A DNA stretch of 64,000 nucleotides. It comes from Dehalococcoidia bacterium. Its GTDB lineage: Bacteria > Chloroflexota > Dehalococcoidia > Lucifugimonadales > CAJWER01. The stretch lies in the NCBI GenBank assembly GCA_965222445.1, contig CBDCTY010000002.1:365279-429278 (forward strand). The letters run 5' to 3'. This document shows, piece after piece, positions 26,561-36,079 of this stretch. Each line of letters starts with the position of its first letter. Position 1 is the first letter of the stretch. The position numbers were made by a program, and so were the translations under genes. The notes beneath the pieces are model-generated. The model was not told the origin of the DNA, did not search any database, and was given only the letters and a program-made list of their open reading frames with translations.

Positions 26561-28793
26561 TTTCCCCCTGCCCTGCCTGTGGGGCGGTATTCTTGGCGTT
26601 GTCGAGGCCGCCGTTCCAGGCTGCAGCCAGGTCCTCGACCCGGACGTCCAAGAGGCCGGAGACGGCCATGGAGTCTCCTCCTACAGCGCCGATGACGACC
26701 CAGGGCGCGTCCGCCTCCTTGCATACGTCGCCGAAGTCGCCCAGCATTTCCGGGGCCAGCGACACGACGATCCGCGACTGTGCCTCACCGAAGAGGGCGG
26801 CATCCCACCTGCCGGTGATGGCCGCGTCGATCCGGGCTCCCACGCCGCCGACGATGCACGACTCGGCTATGGCGGCCGCGATGCCGCCGTCCGAGCAGTC
26901 GTGGGTGGAGCGCAGCAGGCGCCGGTCCGTAGCCTCGCGGCACGCCCGCTGTGCGGCCGCCTCCAGGTCGATGTCCAGGGCCGGACATCCGGCCACGAGC
27001 CCATGCACTAGCTCCAGATACTCGCTGCCGGCCAGTGAGTCGGCAGCGCCCGCGAGCTTCCCGGCGCCAATGAGGACGATGGCGTCGCCCTCGTCCTCGA
27101 ACCCCGGGGTGACGTGTGTGGTCACGTCCTCGAACAGGCCGAGCGCGCCCACGATGGGCGTGGGATAGATGGCCTCGCCCCTAGTCTCGTTGTAGAGGCT
27201 CACGTTGCCGCTGACCACGGGCGCACCCAGGGCCCGGCTGGCCATCGCCATACCCTCGACGCACTTCTCGAGCTGGTAATAGACGTCGGCCCGCTCGGGG
27301 TTGCCGAAGTTCAGGCAGTTGGTGAGCGCGATGGGCTCGGCACCCATCGCCGACACGTTCCTGCACGCCTCGGCCACCGCTATCATCCCGCCCACGTAGG
27401 GGTCGAGATAGCAGTAGCGCCCGTTCCCGTCCGTGGCCAGCGCGAGGCCCTTCCCGGCGCCCTTGATGCGCAGGACGGCGGCGTCCGCCCCCGGGTCGGC
27501 CACGGTGTTCGTCTGGACGTGGTGGTCGTACTGACGGTAGACCGGCTCCTTGCTGGCGATGTTGGGCGACGCCAGCAGCCTCAGCAGCACCAACGACGGG
27601 GACTCCCGGGGCAGGGGAACGGAGTCGAGATCGTAGGCCTGAAGCTCCGCCTGCCACGCGGGCTCCGCGCCGTCGAGCCGGTACTGGGGTGCGTCCCGTA
27701 GTGTCCGCACGGGAGCCTCGCCTCTGGGAACGCCCCGCTCGTAGATTCTCGCGTTCCGGCCCTCGGTGGCCCTGCCGATTACGGTCGCGTCGATGTCCCA
27801 ACGCTCGAAGATGCTGCAGACCTGGTCGACGCTGTCCTCTCTAACGAACAGGAGCATCCGCTCCTGGGACTCGGAGAGCATCACCTCGTACGGGGTCATG
27901 CCGCTCTCCCTGCGGGGTACGTCGGAGACTTCCAGGTCGAAGCCGCAGCCACCGTTGCCCGCCGCCTCCACAGAGGCGGACGTGAGCCCGGCCGCGCCCA
28001 GGTCCTGCAGACCCACGACGTGACCGCTCGCGGCCGCCTCCAGGCACGCCTCGATCAGCACCTTTTCCAGAAACGGATTGCTCACCTGCACGGCGGGACG
28101 CATCTCCCTATCGTCCTCGAAGGTTCGGGAGGCCAGCCCAGACGCGCCGTGTATCCCGTCCCTGCCTGTCTCGGAGCCGACCAGCATCATGACGCTTCCC
28201 GGCGGGCCCGTCGTCGCCCGCATCAGTTTGTCCTTCTCGACGAGGCCGACGCACATGGCGTTGACGAGGGGATTACCCGAGTAGCTGGGGGAGAAGACGA
28301 CCTCGCCGCCAACGTTCGGTATGCCTATGCAGTTGCCGTAGGACGAGATGCCCGCCACGACGCCTTCGAACAGGTACTTGTTCCGCGGCTCGGACGGGGG
28401 ACCGAACCGCAGGGAGTTCAGCAGCGCGATCGGCCTCGCGCCCATGGCGAATATGTCGCGGACGATGCCGCCGACCCCGGTGGCGGCGCCCTCGAACGGC
28501 TCGATGGCCGACGGGTGGTTGTGGGACTCGATCTTGAAGACGACCGCGAGGCCGCCGCCGATGTCGACCGCGCCGGCGTTCTCGTCGCCGGCCGACACGA
28601 GCAGCCGGGGGCTGTCCGCGTCGAACATGCGGAGCAGCGGCTTGGAATGCTTGTAGCCGCAGTGCTCGCTCCACAGGGAGCCGAACATGCCGAGCTCCAG
28701 CTCGTTCGGCTCCCGTCCCAGCCTATCCACGATGGCCTCGTACTCGGCCTCCGAGAGGGCAAGGGCGTCTAGGGCTTCCTTGGTTACAGTCAT
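26547..28793 (-). CDS. purL: phosphoribosylformylglycinamidine synthase subunit PurL
   Basis: MFGSLWSEHCGYKHSK, ESHNHPS and the duplicated PurM-like architecture. 748 aa. Confidence 0.95.
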   Translation of the reverse strand: MTVTKEALDALALSEAEYEAIVDRLGREPNELELGMFGSLWSEHCGYKHSKPLLRMFDADSPRLLVSAGDENAGAVDIGGGLAVVFKIESHNHPSAIEPFEGAATGVGGIVRDIFAMGARPIALLNSLRFGPPSEPRNKYLFEGVVAGISSYGNCIGIPNVGGEVVFSPSYSGNPLVNAMCVGLVEKDKLMRATTGPPGSVMMLVGSETGRDGIHGASGLASRTFEDDREMRPAVQVSNPFLEKVLIEACLEAAASGHVVGLQDLGAAGLTSASVEAAGNGGCGFDLEVSDVPRRESGMTPYEVMLSESQERMLLFVREDSVDQVCSIFERWDIDATVIGRATEGRNARIYERGVPRGEAPVRTLRDAPQYRLDGAEPAWQAELQAYDLDSVPLPRESPSLVLLRLLASPNIASKEPVYRQYDHHVQTNTVADPGADAAVLRIKGAGKGLALATDGNGRYCYLDPYVGGMIAVAEACRNVSAMGAEPIALTNCLNFGNPERADVYYQLEKCVEGMAMASRALGAPVVSGNVSLYNETRGEAIYPTPIVGALGLFEDVTTHVTPGFEDEGDAIVLIGAGKLAGAADSLAGSEYLELVHGLVAGCPALDIDLEAAAQRACREATDRRLLRSTHDCSDGGIAAAIAESCIVGGVGARIDAAITGRWDAALFGEAQSRIVVSLAPEMLGDFGDVCKEADAPWVVIGAVGGDSMAVSGLLDVRVEDLAAAWNGGLDNAKNTAPQAGQGETRSP

Positions 28794-28851
28794 GCGAAAT
28801 CAACCCACAGGATGGAGAGTGTGCCCATTGTACTGCGTCCCTTCTCCTCCA

Positions 28852-29319
28852 TCACACCGCCTGTCCCACGGAAACGAGGCCGATGCCAGCCACGACGAGG
28901 GTGGAGCCGAGCAGGGTGCGCAGGGTGACCCGCTCGAGGCGCTGCATGAAGAAGTGGACCATGGCGATGGCCATCAGCGGGTACACGCTGGACACCGATG
29001 TCACGAGGGCCACGGGGGCCTCGAGGAGGGCCAGGTTGTAGAAGGCCACACCCCACACGCCGGAGAGTCCGGCCAGGGCTATGAACACATACGACCGCCT
29101 GGGCGTGCCCTTAAAGTCCCTGTGCGACATGCCCGGCAGGACGACCAGCATGATCAGGGTGCCGAACAGGAGCGAGAAGGCCGTGGTGGTCATCGGGGAC
29201 GCCACGTCCGTCACGGCCTTCTTGGCGACGATGGCGCCGGTCCCGTAGCTCATGGCGGCCACCAGGGCGGCGGCGTACCCATAGAGGGTCCGGCGACGGC
29301 GGGCTGGCTGCAGCTTCAT
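28852..29319 (-). CDS. half-size EamA-domain membrane protein (second half of a split DMT transporter)
   Basis: [15 protein letters not shown].. with about 5 TM segments. Its ATG overlaps the stop of the upstream half (ATGA at 29316-29319). Confidence 0.65.
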   Translation of the reverse strand: MKLQPARRRRTLYGYAAALVAAMSYGTGAIVAKKAVTDVASPMTTTAFSLLFGTLIMLVVLPGMSHRDFKGTPRRSYVFIALAGLSGVWGVAFYNLALLEAPVALVTSVSSVYPLMAIAMVHFFMQRLERVTLRTLLGSTLVVAGIGLVSVGQAV

Positions 29320-29738
29320 TCCTGGTTCAGGGTCAGGGCAAGGCCCCCGATCACCGCGACGGTGCCGGCGAGCGTGACCGCATTGACCTTCTCGTCGAAG
29401 ATGAAGACCGCGAGGACGGTTGCGAAGAAGGGCGACGTGGCAACCACGGTGCTGGCCTTGGACACGCCGATCAGCCTCACGCTCGTGTAGTTGAACATGC
29501 GGCCGAGGGGGAAGTTGAAGAGCCCCACGAGGAAGAGCCACCCCAGAGCGGCCGCGCTGAGTGCAACGAATTCGCCGGGGTGCAGGGCGGCGGCGATGAT
29601 CATGGCCGCGACCGTGCTGACGCAGAGGGACAAGAAGGTGCCGTAGGGCGTGGACATCCTCCGGAGGGCGTTGCGGGCGAAGACGGCGGTGGCCGCGAAG
29701 CCCGAGGCGGCCAGGAGCGAGAAGATTATGCCGATCAT
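29316..29738 (-). CDS. half-size EamA-domain membrane protein (first half of a split DMT transporter)
   Basis: [15 protein letters not shown].., 140 aa, about 4-5 TM segments. Its ATG overlaps the purQ stop (ATGA at 29735-29738). Confidence 0.65.
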   Translation of the reverse strand: MIGIIFSLLAASGFAATAVFARNALRRMSTPYGTFLSLCVSTVAAMIIAAALHPGEFVALSAAALGWLFLVGLFNFPLGRMFNYTSVRLIGVSKASTVVATSPFFATVLAVFIFDEKVNAVTLAGTVAVIGGLALTLNQE

Positions 29739-30424
29739 CCGGCAGAGGCGATTATCGACTCGAAGATGACCCGCCCATCGACGCCGCCGACGATCTCCTC
29801 GCAGCACCGCTCGGGATGAGGCATCATGCCGAGCACGTTGCCCGCCGCGTTGGTTATGCCCGCGATGTTGTTGAGGGAGCCGTTCGGGTTTGCCTCGCCG
29901 GCTATCTCGCCCGACTCGGTGGAGTAGCGGAACAGCACCCTGCCCGCATCCTCCAGCTCCCGAAGCGTCGCCCCGTCGGCGAAGTAGCTGCCCTCGCCGT
30001 GGGATATTGGCACGCGGAGGACCTGCTCCGGTCGCGCGGAGCCCGTGAACGGTGATCCGGTCGACTCGACGCGCACGTTTGTCCACTGGCACCGGAACTG
30101 CAGGTGGGAGTTGCGCATGAGGGCGCCCGGCAGCAGGCCAGCCTCGCACAGCACCTGGAACCCGTTGCAGATGCCGTAGACCAGGCCGCCGTCCGCGGCC
30201 ATCCTCTCGACCGCGCGCATCACGGGCGAGAACCTAGCGATCGCGCCCGTCCGCAGGTAGTCGCCGTAGGAGAAGCCGCCGGGAAGAATGACGCAGTCGA
30301 AGCGCGAGAGGTCCGTCTCCTTGTGCCAGACGTAGTCGACCGGCTGGCCGAGGACCTCGTCGAGGACGTGGTAGCAGTCCACGTCGCTATAGGTCCCGGG
30401 AAAGACGACGACCCCGAACCTCAC
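29735..30424 (-). CDS. purQ: phosphoribosylformylglycinamidine synthase subunit PurQ (glutaminase)
   Basis: [31 protein letters not shown] and MMPHPER. The GTG at 30424 is the likely start (ORF opens at 30448). Confidence 0.9.
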   Translation of the reverse strand: MRFGVVVFPGTYSDVDCYHVLDEVLGQPVDYVWHKETDLSRFDCVILPGGFSYGDYLRTGAIARFSPVMRAVERMAADGGLVYGICNGFQVLCEAGLLPGALMRNSHLQFRCQWTNVRVESTGSPFTGSARPEQVLRVPISHGEGSYFADGATLRELEDAGRVLFRYSTESGEIAGEANPNGSLNNIAGITNAAGNVLGMMPHPERCCEEIVGGVDGRVIFESIIASAG

Positions 30425-30454
30425 CGAGCACCACCCGCTCTTGTCCATTTCCTC

Positions 30455-30575
30455 TTGGCTCCCTCTCCCTTGACGGGAGAGGGTTGGGGTGAGGGTGAAA
30501 GGCCTACGTCTGCAAGCCGACCCCCTTGTTGAGACGGGGCCTGGATTCCGGCTTTCGCCGGAATGACGGGAATGT
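30455..30575. repeat. two adjacent mini-repeats (GAGAGGGTTGGGGTGAGGGTGA type plus REP-like short palindrome)
   Basis: CTCCCTCTCCCTTGACGGGAGAGGGTTGGGGTGAGGGTGAAAGG and CTGGATTCCGGCTTTCGCCGGAATGACGGG. Confidence 0.6.
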
Positions 30576-30653
30576 GCAGAGGTCTCCTGATAGGGAAGGT
30601 CGGAGCTTGCCCCTGCGCAGGCAGGGGATGGGGGCTGTCGGGCTGCGCGGCGG

Positions 30654-31127
30654 CTAGGATTTCAGGAGCTCCTGGACGATGCCGCTCACCAGCTTGCCGG
30701 GCGCCCTGCCCTTGCACTGCGGCATTACGCGGCCCATCACCTTGCCCATGTCGCCGGGGCCGGAAGCGCCCGTGTCCGCGATCGCGGCCTTGGCCAGCCC
30801 GGTGATCTCCTCTGCGGACATCTGCTTCGGCAGGTACTCCTGGATGATGGCGAGCTCGGCGCTCTCCTTCTCCACGAGGTCGGTCCTGCCCGCACTCTCG
30901 AACGCCTCGATGCTGTCCCGCCGTTGCTGCGCCTGGCGGCTCAGCACGTCCAGCACACCCTCGTCGTCCAGGTCGGCCCGCTTTTCGATCTCCCGGTTTC
31001 GGATGGCGGCTCGTACGAACCGGATGACGGACTTCCGCGTGTCGTCCCGGTCCCTCATCGCCTGTCTCAGATCGGCTTGCAGTCGCTCTTGCAAGGTCAA
31101 TGGAGGCACCTCGGGGGAGTGAGACAA
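30654..31127 (-). CDS. GatB/YqeY domain protein
   Basis: [36 protein letters not shown] and GKVMGRVM are typical YqeY motifs. Confidence 0.85.
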   Translation of the reverse strand: MSHSPEVPPLTLQERLQADLRQAMRDRDDTRKSVIRFVRAAIRNREIEKRADLDDEGVLDVLSRQAQQRRDSIEAFESAGRTDLVEKESAELAIIQEYLPKQMSAEEITGLAKAAIADTGASGPGDMGKVMGRVMPQCKGRAPGKLVSGIVQELLKS

Positions 31128-31321
31128 TAGTCGCCGACGCCCGGCCCGGTGTCAAGATTACCCAAGCAGGGGCAATCCCCTCCGCGGCGGGTCTGGGCGA
31201 TACCAAATCAGAGACACTGTCCTGGCATGATTGCGTGGTATGAGGCAGAATGTGTATGAGCCGCTGAGAGGCGCGTGGTAATCTGTGAGGGACTCCCAAG
31301 CGACCAGCGGAGGGCGAATAG

Positions 31322-31417
31322 ATGCGGCAGGTAATTCTCCATTCGGGTGAAGATGGCTATTGGATTGCTGAGTGTCCCCAGCCTAGACTGAATAGCCACG
31401 CGACGGTCGAGCAATGA
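31322..31417 (+). pseudogene. hicB antitoxin remnant (first ~20 codons only)
   Basis: MRQVILHSGEDGYWIAECPQ parallels MRQVIIHPGEDGYWVAECPS of the intact copy at 32953. Similarity ends near 31380, and the leader 31255-31321 is also duplicated at 32885-32952. Confidence 0.6.
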
Positions 31418-32505
31418 AGACCTACAGGGTCGCGATTATCGGGCTGGGCCGTATGGGCAGCACGATCGACGATGAGCATCCCTCCTTGGCTCCCTATTCA
31501 ATTGCGGCCGCGACGCGAGCAAGCGATCGGTTAGAACTAGTTGCAGGGTCCGACCTCATCTCGGACAAGAGGGAAGCATTCAGGACCAGGTGGGGGATCG
31601 ATTCCCTCTACCAAGACTACACAGAGATGATCGAGCGGGAGCGTCCCGATCTCGTCGCCGTGTGTACGAGAGCGACAAGCCTTCCCAGGCCGCATGACCG
31701 GGCGCCGTCACGGGAGTTCCGGGAGGACTCACATGCGGAGATAGGCACGAGAGTCGCCGAGGCAGGCGTTCCGATGCTGTACCTTGAGAAAGCGATCTCG
31801 AACACAATCAGAGGCGCTGACTCGGTATTGGAGGCCTGTAGAGGGAACGGCGCCGTGTTCAACTCAGGCGTGCTAAGGCGGTTCTGCAGCTGGGCAGATG
31901 CGACGCGTACCGCTATCGAGAAAGGCCAAATCGGCGAGCCGCAGGTGGTGGCGCATTTCGGGAGCGGCAGCCTGATGCACTCGCACGTCCATTCGATCGA
32001 CACGATCTCCTATCTGCTGGGCGATCCCGGAATAACGGCAGTCCGTGGAGAGCTCCGACCGCGAGAGACCCGGATCTACGGCAATCGAGTCGACGAAGAC
32101 CCACGGGCGACGTTCCACGTTGCATTCGCGAACGGCGTCGAAGCCTACTCCGTGCCGGGTGGACCGGTGGAGACTGAGGTCGTCGGGACGGAAGGCTCTA
32201 TCAGGGCGCTAAACACATTGGATACAGGCGAGGCGAGCGTACAGATCCGAGCGTCATCACGGGGACGGTCTGTGCCCGAATGGGAGCCCGTACCGGTGCC
32301 ACCGATCGCCGAAGGCAGCCCGGTAGTGGCGTGCCTGAACGACCTTGTTGCCTCCTACGAGTCGGGTCGCCCGACGAAAGCCAACGTCGAATCGAGCCAT
32401 GCGGTGGCTGAGGCGCTTCTCGCCGTTCCGGAAAGCCACCGGCAAGGCGGCGCCTGGGTCGAGCTTCCAGTCGAGAACCGCGACCTGTACGTCTTTCACG
32501 TCTAG
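31414..32505 (+). CDS. Gfo/Idh/MocA-family oxidoreductase
   Basis: YRVAIIGLGRMGS is the Rossmann N-terminus; size and layout fit the family. Confidence 0.8.
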   Translation: MKTYRVAIIGLGRMGSTIDDEHPSLAPYSIAAATRASDRLELVAGSDLISDKREAFRTRWGIDSLYQDYTEMIERERPDLVAVCTRATSLPRPHDRAPSREFREDSHAEIGTRVAEAGVPMLYLEKAISNTIRGADSVLEACRGNGAVFNSGVLRRFCSWADATRTAIEKGQIGEPQVVAHFGSGSLMHSHVHSIDTISYLLGDPGITAVRGELRPRETRIYGNRVDEDPRATFHVAFANGVEAYSVPGGPVETEVVGTEGSIRALNTLDTGEASVQIRASSRGRSVPEWEPVPVPPIAEGSPVVACLNDLVASYESGRPTKANVESSHAVAEALLAVPESHRQGGAWVELPVENRDLYVFHV

Positions 32506-32713
32506 ATTTCGATACCGACCTGGAGACGCGCCCGCCTCGCCGCACCATTCTTGACGGGCAGCCGGGGACTCCGCGCCGACACTTCTGCCGTAGCGAAGAG
32601 CTGCGGGTTACGGTCGTGCTCCATCAATCCTGCTCAGCGCGCCCGAATGCTCCACCTAATTTGGACGGATGGCGTGACGGCTGCCTCATGTGTCATGGAC
32701 ACTCACCCCGCCG

Positions 32714-32746
32714 GGGATGGATTCCCGCTTTCGCGGGAACGACGGA
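32714..32746. repeat. REP-like palindromic mini-repeat (short variant)
   Basis: GGGGATGGATTCCCGCTTTCGCGGGAACGACGG. Confidence 0.7.
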
Positions 32747-32765
32747 GTGGGGAATTTGGGGCGCG

Positions 32766-32866
32766 CCGGCACCCTTGACCCGCGTGCCCAAGGCCATGAC
32801 GCGGGAACGGAGGTCCCGGTCGGAGGTGTAGACGAGTACGTTGCGCCTGGGGAATGGACTCGTCAT
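32766..32866 (-). pseudogene. duplicated 3' fragment of the NYN/YacP-like gene at 33562-33978
   Basis: The run CCATGACGCGGGAACGGAGGTCCCGGTCGGAGGTGTAGACGAGTACG (47 nt) is shared with about 33617-33670. It encodes VLVYTSDRDLRSRVMALG. Confidence 0.6.
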
Positions 32867-32952
32867 GGCAAGCTCTGGGCATGTGTCAGGCGTTCAGCGT
32901 CGCGTGGTAATCTGAAGGGGACTTCCCAACGGGCCAAGCGGAGGACGAGTAG

Positions 32953-33159
32953 ATGCGGCAGGTGATTATCCATCCAGGTGAAGACGGCTATTGGGTTGCT
33001 GAGTGCCCCAGCCTGGCGGGCTGTATCAGTCAGGGCGAGGCCAGGGAGGCAGCTATCGCCAACATCAGAGAAGCGATCAAGGAATACATCGCCGCTCTCG
33101 AGGACGATGGCCTGCCAGTCCCAGAGGAACACTTCGAATCGCTAGTCGTAGCCGTATGA
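32953..33159 (+). CDS. hicB: HicB-family antitoxin (UPF0150)
   Basis: The 68-aa product contains GEDGYWVAECPSLAGCISQGEAREAAIANIREAIKEYI. Confidence 0.85.
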   Translation: MRQVIIHPGEDGYWVAECPSLAGCISQGEAREAAIANIREAIKEYIAALEDDGLPVPEEHFESLVVAV

Positions 33160-33561
33160 GCGGCTTGCCCAAGTTCCCTTGAGAAAGTTCTTAACATCTG
33201 CCCAGAGTTGTGACCTGATAGCCAAGTCCATTCCTGATGGAGGTAACCGTGACCATCGATTCTCCGCTACGCACCAGATTCCACGTTGCCTTTCCGGACA
33301 GGTATTCCGTCTCACGGCACAGTATGAGAAGTGGGAGTGGTTACCACACGGTCGTGTTTGGGGACATTGGAAGAATCTACTTGAACAAGGGCTCTTTCAA
33401 CATTCTAGAGTCGACACTTGAGAATGATAGGATTCCTGGAAGTCAGCAGATTCTTACCTTCTTGAGATTGAACAGTGTTCGCGCTTATGACACTCAGACT
33501 GGCCCAGACTTTAGGATTCCGGGCATATACGCAGACGATGTCATAAGGATCATCCAAACCG

Positions 33562-33978
33562 CTATTCTACGCCCCTAATCTTCCTGCTCAGGGACCCGGC
33601 GCCCTTCACGCTTGCGCCCAAGACCATGACGCGGGAACGGAGGTCCCGGTCGGAGGTGTAGACGAGTACGCTGCGCCCGGGGGTGGAATCGGAGGCCATT
33701 TCGACGATACGGTCGTCGGCTGCGTTTGTGCCGCGCCTGCCCGCATAGACAACACTCAGGGGGGATTCCGGCGGGACGATCAGGCGCCGCGTGGGGCCAT
33801 CGAACACTATCGTCCACTCCCCCCCGGCCTGGGCCGCGTGCGCCGCCACCTCGTCCACGAGCCGCTGCATCGCCCGCCGCCGGTCTCGCCACCAGCCGTC
33901 AGGGCGCGACCCCATGACGTTGTTGCCGTCCACGAGAACGAGCCGGGACTGGTCGTCTCCGCTCTCCCTGTCCGTCAT
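33562..33978 (-). CDS. NYN-domain (YacP/Rae1-like) predicted RNase
   Basis: LVLVDGNNVMGSRPDGWW and VLVYTSDRDL. Confidence 0.7.
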   Translation of the reverse strand: MTDRESGDDQSRLVLVDGNNVMGSRPDGWWRDRRRAMQRLVDEVAAHAAQAGGEWTIVFDGPTRRLIVPPESPLSVVYAGRRGTNAADDRIVEMASDSTPGRSVLVYTSDRDLRSRVMVLGASVKGAGSLSRKIRGVE

Positions 33979-33996
33979 TCCGCGGGCGCCGGCCGG

Positions 33997-35427
33997 CTAC
34001 AGCCGGCTGGCCGCCTCATTGATGGCCGCGAGGGAGCGCTGCTTGCCCAGAATCTCCAGCGTGCCGAACAGCGGCGGCGCGACCTTCAGCCCGGTGGTCG
34101 CAACGCGGACCGAGCCGAGCAGCTGGCCAACCTTGATGCCCAGCTCGCCGGCCAGCTCCCTCAGGGCCGACTCAATGGAGTCTTCGTCGAAGGCGTCCAG
34201 CCCCGCCAGCGTATCGTAAGCGCTTGACAGGGCCTCCTTCGTGCCCGCCGCGTCCATCTTCCTCTGCACCAGCTCGGCGGTGTCGTATTCCACGCTGTCC
34301 TGGAAGAAGAAGTCGACGAGGGGGGCGGCGTCCCGCAGCGTCTTCAGGCGCTCCCGCACGAGGGGGACGATGCGCACCACGTGGCCGCGCTCCGGCAGCG
34401 GGTCTATTGCTGCGTCGGGGAACGCGCGCCAGTAGTCCAGCAGCGTGTCGGCCAGATCGGCGGGCGGCATCTGGCGGATGTAGTGGCCGTTCATCCACTC
34501 GAGCTTCTTGGTGTCGAACATAGCGCCCGACTTCGACACCCGCTCCAGTGAGAAGACGCGCTTGAGTTCGTCGGTCGACATCACCTCCGTCCTGTCGTCT
34601 AGGGACCAGCCGAGGAGGGCGAGGAAGTTGACCATGGCCTCGGGCAGGTAGCCCATCTCGCGGTACTCGCGGACCGAGACCGCCCCGTGCCTCTTGCTCA
34701 GCTTCGACCTGTCGGGCGCCAGGATCTGCGGCAGGTGTGCGAAAAGCGGCGGCTCCCGGCCCAGGGCTTCGTACAGCTTAAGGTGGCGCGGCGCGCTCGA
34801 CAGCCACTCCTCGCCGCGAAAGACGTGGGAGATGTCCATCGACCGGTCGTCCACGACGCTGGCCAGGTGATAGGTGGGGAAGCCGTCCGACTTGAGGATT
34901 ACGAAGTCGTCCACCAACCCGTTCTCGAAGGACACAGTCCCCCTGATAAGGTCTTCGAGGACCGTCGTGCCGTCGAGGGGCATCGCAAACCTCACCACCG
35001 CGGGCCCCGAATCGCCCGGCTCTTCCGGCTCCCCGGCGCGGCACCGCCTGTCGTATCCGCCGTGCTCCTTGCGGACCGCGGCTAGCCGCTCGGGGGAGCA
35101 GCTGCACCGGTAGGCCGCGCCGCGCTCGATCAGCAGCTTCGCAGCGCGGTGATAGCCGTCCAGCCGCTCCGACTGGTAGTAGGGCGCGTTGGGCCCGCCG
35201 ACGTCGGGGCCCTCGTCCCAGTCGATGCCCAGCCACCGCAGCGAGTCGAGCATCTCTTCCACCGAGCCCTCGACAAGGCGGCCCTGGTCGGTGTCCTCGA
35301 TCCTGACGATGAACGTGCCGCCGCGCCCGCGGGCGAAGAGCCAGTTGTAAATCGCCGTGCGCATCATGCCGACGTGGGGGCTTCCCGTGGGACTCGGCGC
35401 CAACCTTACGCGAACGTGACCATCCAT
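33997..35427 (-). CDS. gltX: glutamate--tRNA ligase
   Basis: RLAPSPTGSPHVG (HIGH-type motif), IVRIEDTD and KLSKRHG (KMSKS). Confidence 0.95.
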   Translation of the reverse strand: MDGHVRVRLAPSPTGSPHVGMMRTAIYNWLFARGRGGTFIVRIEDTDQGRLVEGSVEEMLDSLRWLGIDWDEGPDVGGPNAPYYQSERLDGYHRAAKLLIERGAAYRCSCSPERLAAVRKEHGGYDRRCRAGEPEEPGDSGPAVVRFAMPLDGTTVLEDLIRGTVSFENGLVDDFVILKSDGFPTYHLASVVDDRSMDISHVFRGEEWLSSAPRHLKLYEALGREPPLFAHLPQILAPDRSKLSKRHGAVSVREYREMGYLPEAMVNFLALLGWSLDDRTEVMSTDELKRVFSLERVSKSGAMFDTKKLEWMNGHYIRQMPPADLADTLLDYWRAFPDAAIDPLPERGHVVRIVPLVRERLKTLRDAAPLVDFFFQDSVEYDTAELVQRKMDAAGTKEALSSAYDTLAGLDAFDEDSIESALRELAGELGIKVGQLLGSVRVATTGLKVAPPLFGTLEILGKQRSLAAINEAASRL

Positions 35428-35513
35428 GCTGTATGAATCCTCCGCAGATTAGATGATAGCGCAATCCTTAACGGGGTACGATGCTAACTGTGAACGAGAC
35501 ATGCTCTAATCCA

Positions 35514-35890
35514 ATGACCATTGATGAGCACATCGAACGGGCGCAGCGCTTATTGGTACAGGCTGAGAGGGAGTTCGAGCCCGGGGACCAGATGCAGGCG
35601 TCCGAGAAGCTGTGGGGAGCCGCCTCCCACGCGGTCATGGCTGCAGCTCAGTCACGTGATATGCGTGCGGCAGTCATCGTGCACAGAGAGTGGCAGTCGA
35701 GGAGATCTCGGCTGAACAGAACGATCCGCAAATCAAGACTGCTTACGCACTGGCTGGGAGATTTCACTCCAACTTCTACCACGGCTTCATGGAAGAAGAG
35801 GACTGGGTCCACGAGAGTCCTATCGTACGCGACTTCACCGAGCACATGCTGTCGCTTGCAGGAGAGGATCAGCCTCCTGTAGGTGCGTAG
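35514..35890 (+). pseudogene. PaREP1-like (HEPN-related four-helix) gene, frameshifted
   Basis: Frame 1 gives MTIDEHIERAQRLLVQAEREFEPGDQMQASEKLWGAASHAVMAAAQSR. The second frame gives YACGSHRAQRVAVEEISAEQNDPQIKTAYALAGRFHSNFYHGFMEE. The junction lies near 35655-35662. Confidence 0.5.
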
Positions 35891-35994
35891 GGGCAGGTGG
35901 CTCACTTCGCACCCGCTCATGCCGGTTGCGAGCGGCACACCAAGCGATGAGAATGGCTCAGGCCCCACTGCCCCGAGTTGAGGGTAGCGACCAA

Positions 35995-36025
35995 GGATGG
36001 GTTCCCGCCTTCGCGGGAACGACAG
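35995..36025. repeat. REP-like palindromic mini-repeat (short variant)
   Basis: GGATGGGTTCCCGCCTTCGCGGGAACGACAG. Confidence 0.7.
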
Positions 36026-36079
36026 TGGTGGAGTGCTTCCATCTATTCCCGCAGCAACCCGCGCCCCGGGCCCTCATTC

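Noticed and set aside
33157-33578. An intact hicA toxin downstream of hicB (ORFs 33179-33421 and 33237-33578).
   Set aside because: Only the first eight codons (MSGLPKFP) look HicA-like before a stop. Neither longer ORF shows the GSH…PxH pattern. I treat this as possible decay, not a callable gene.
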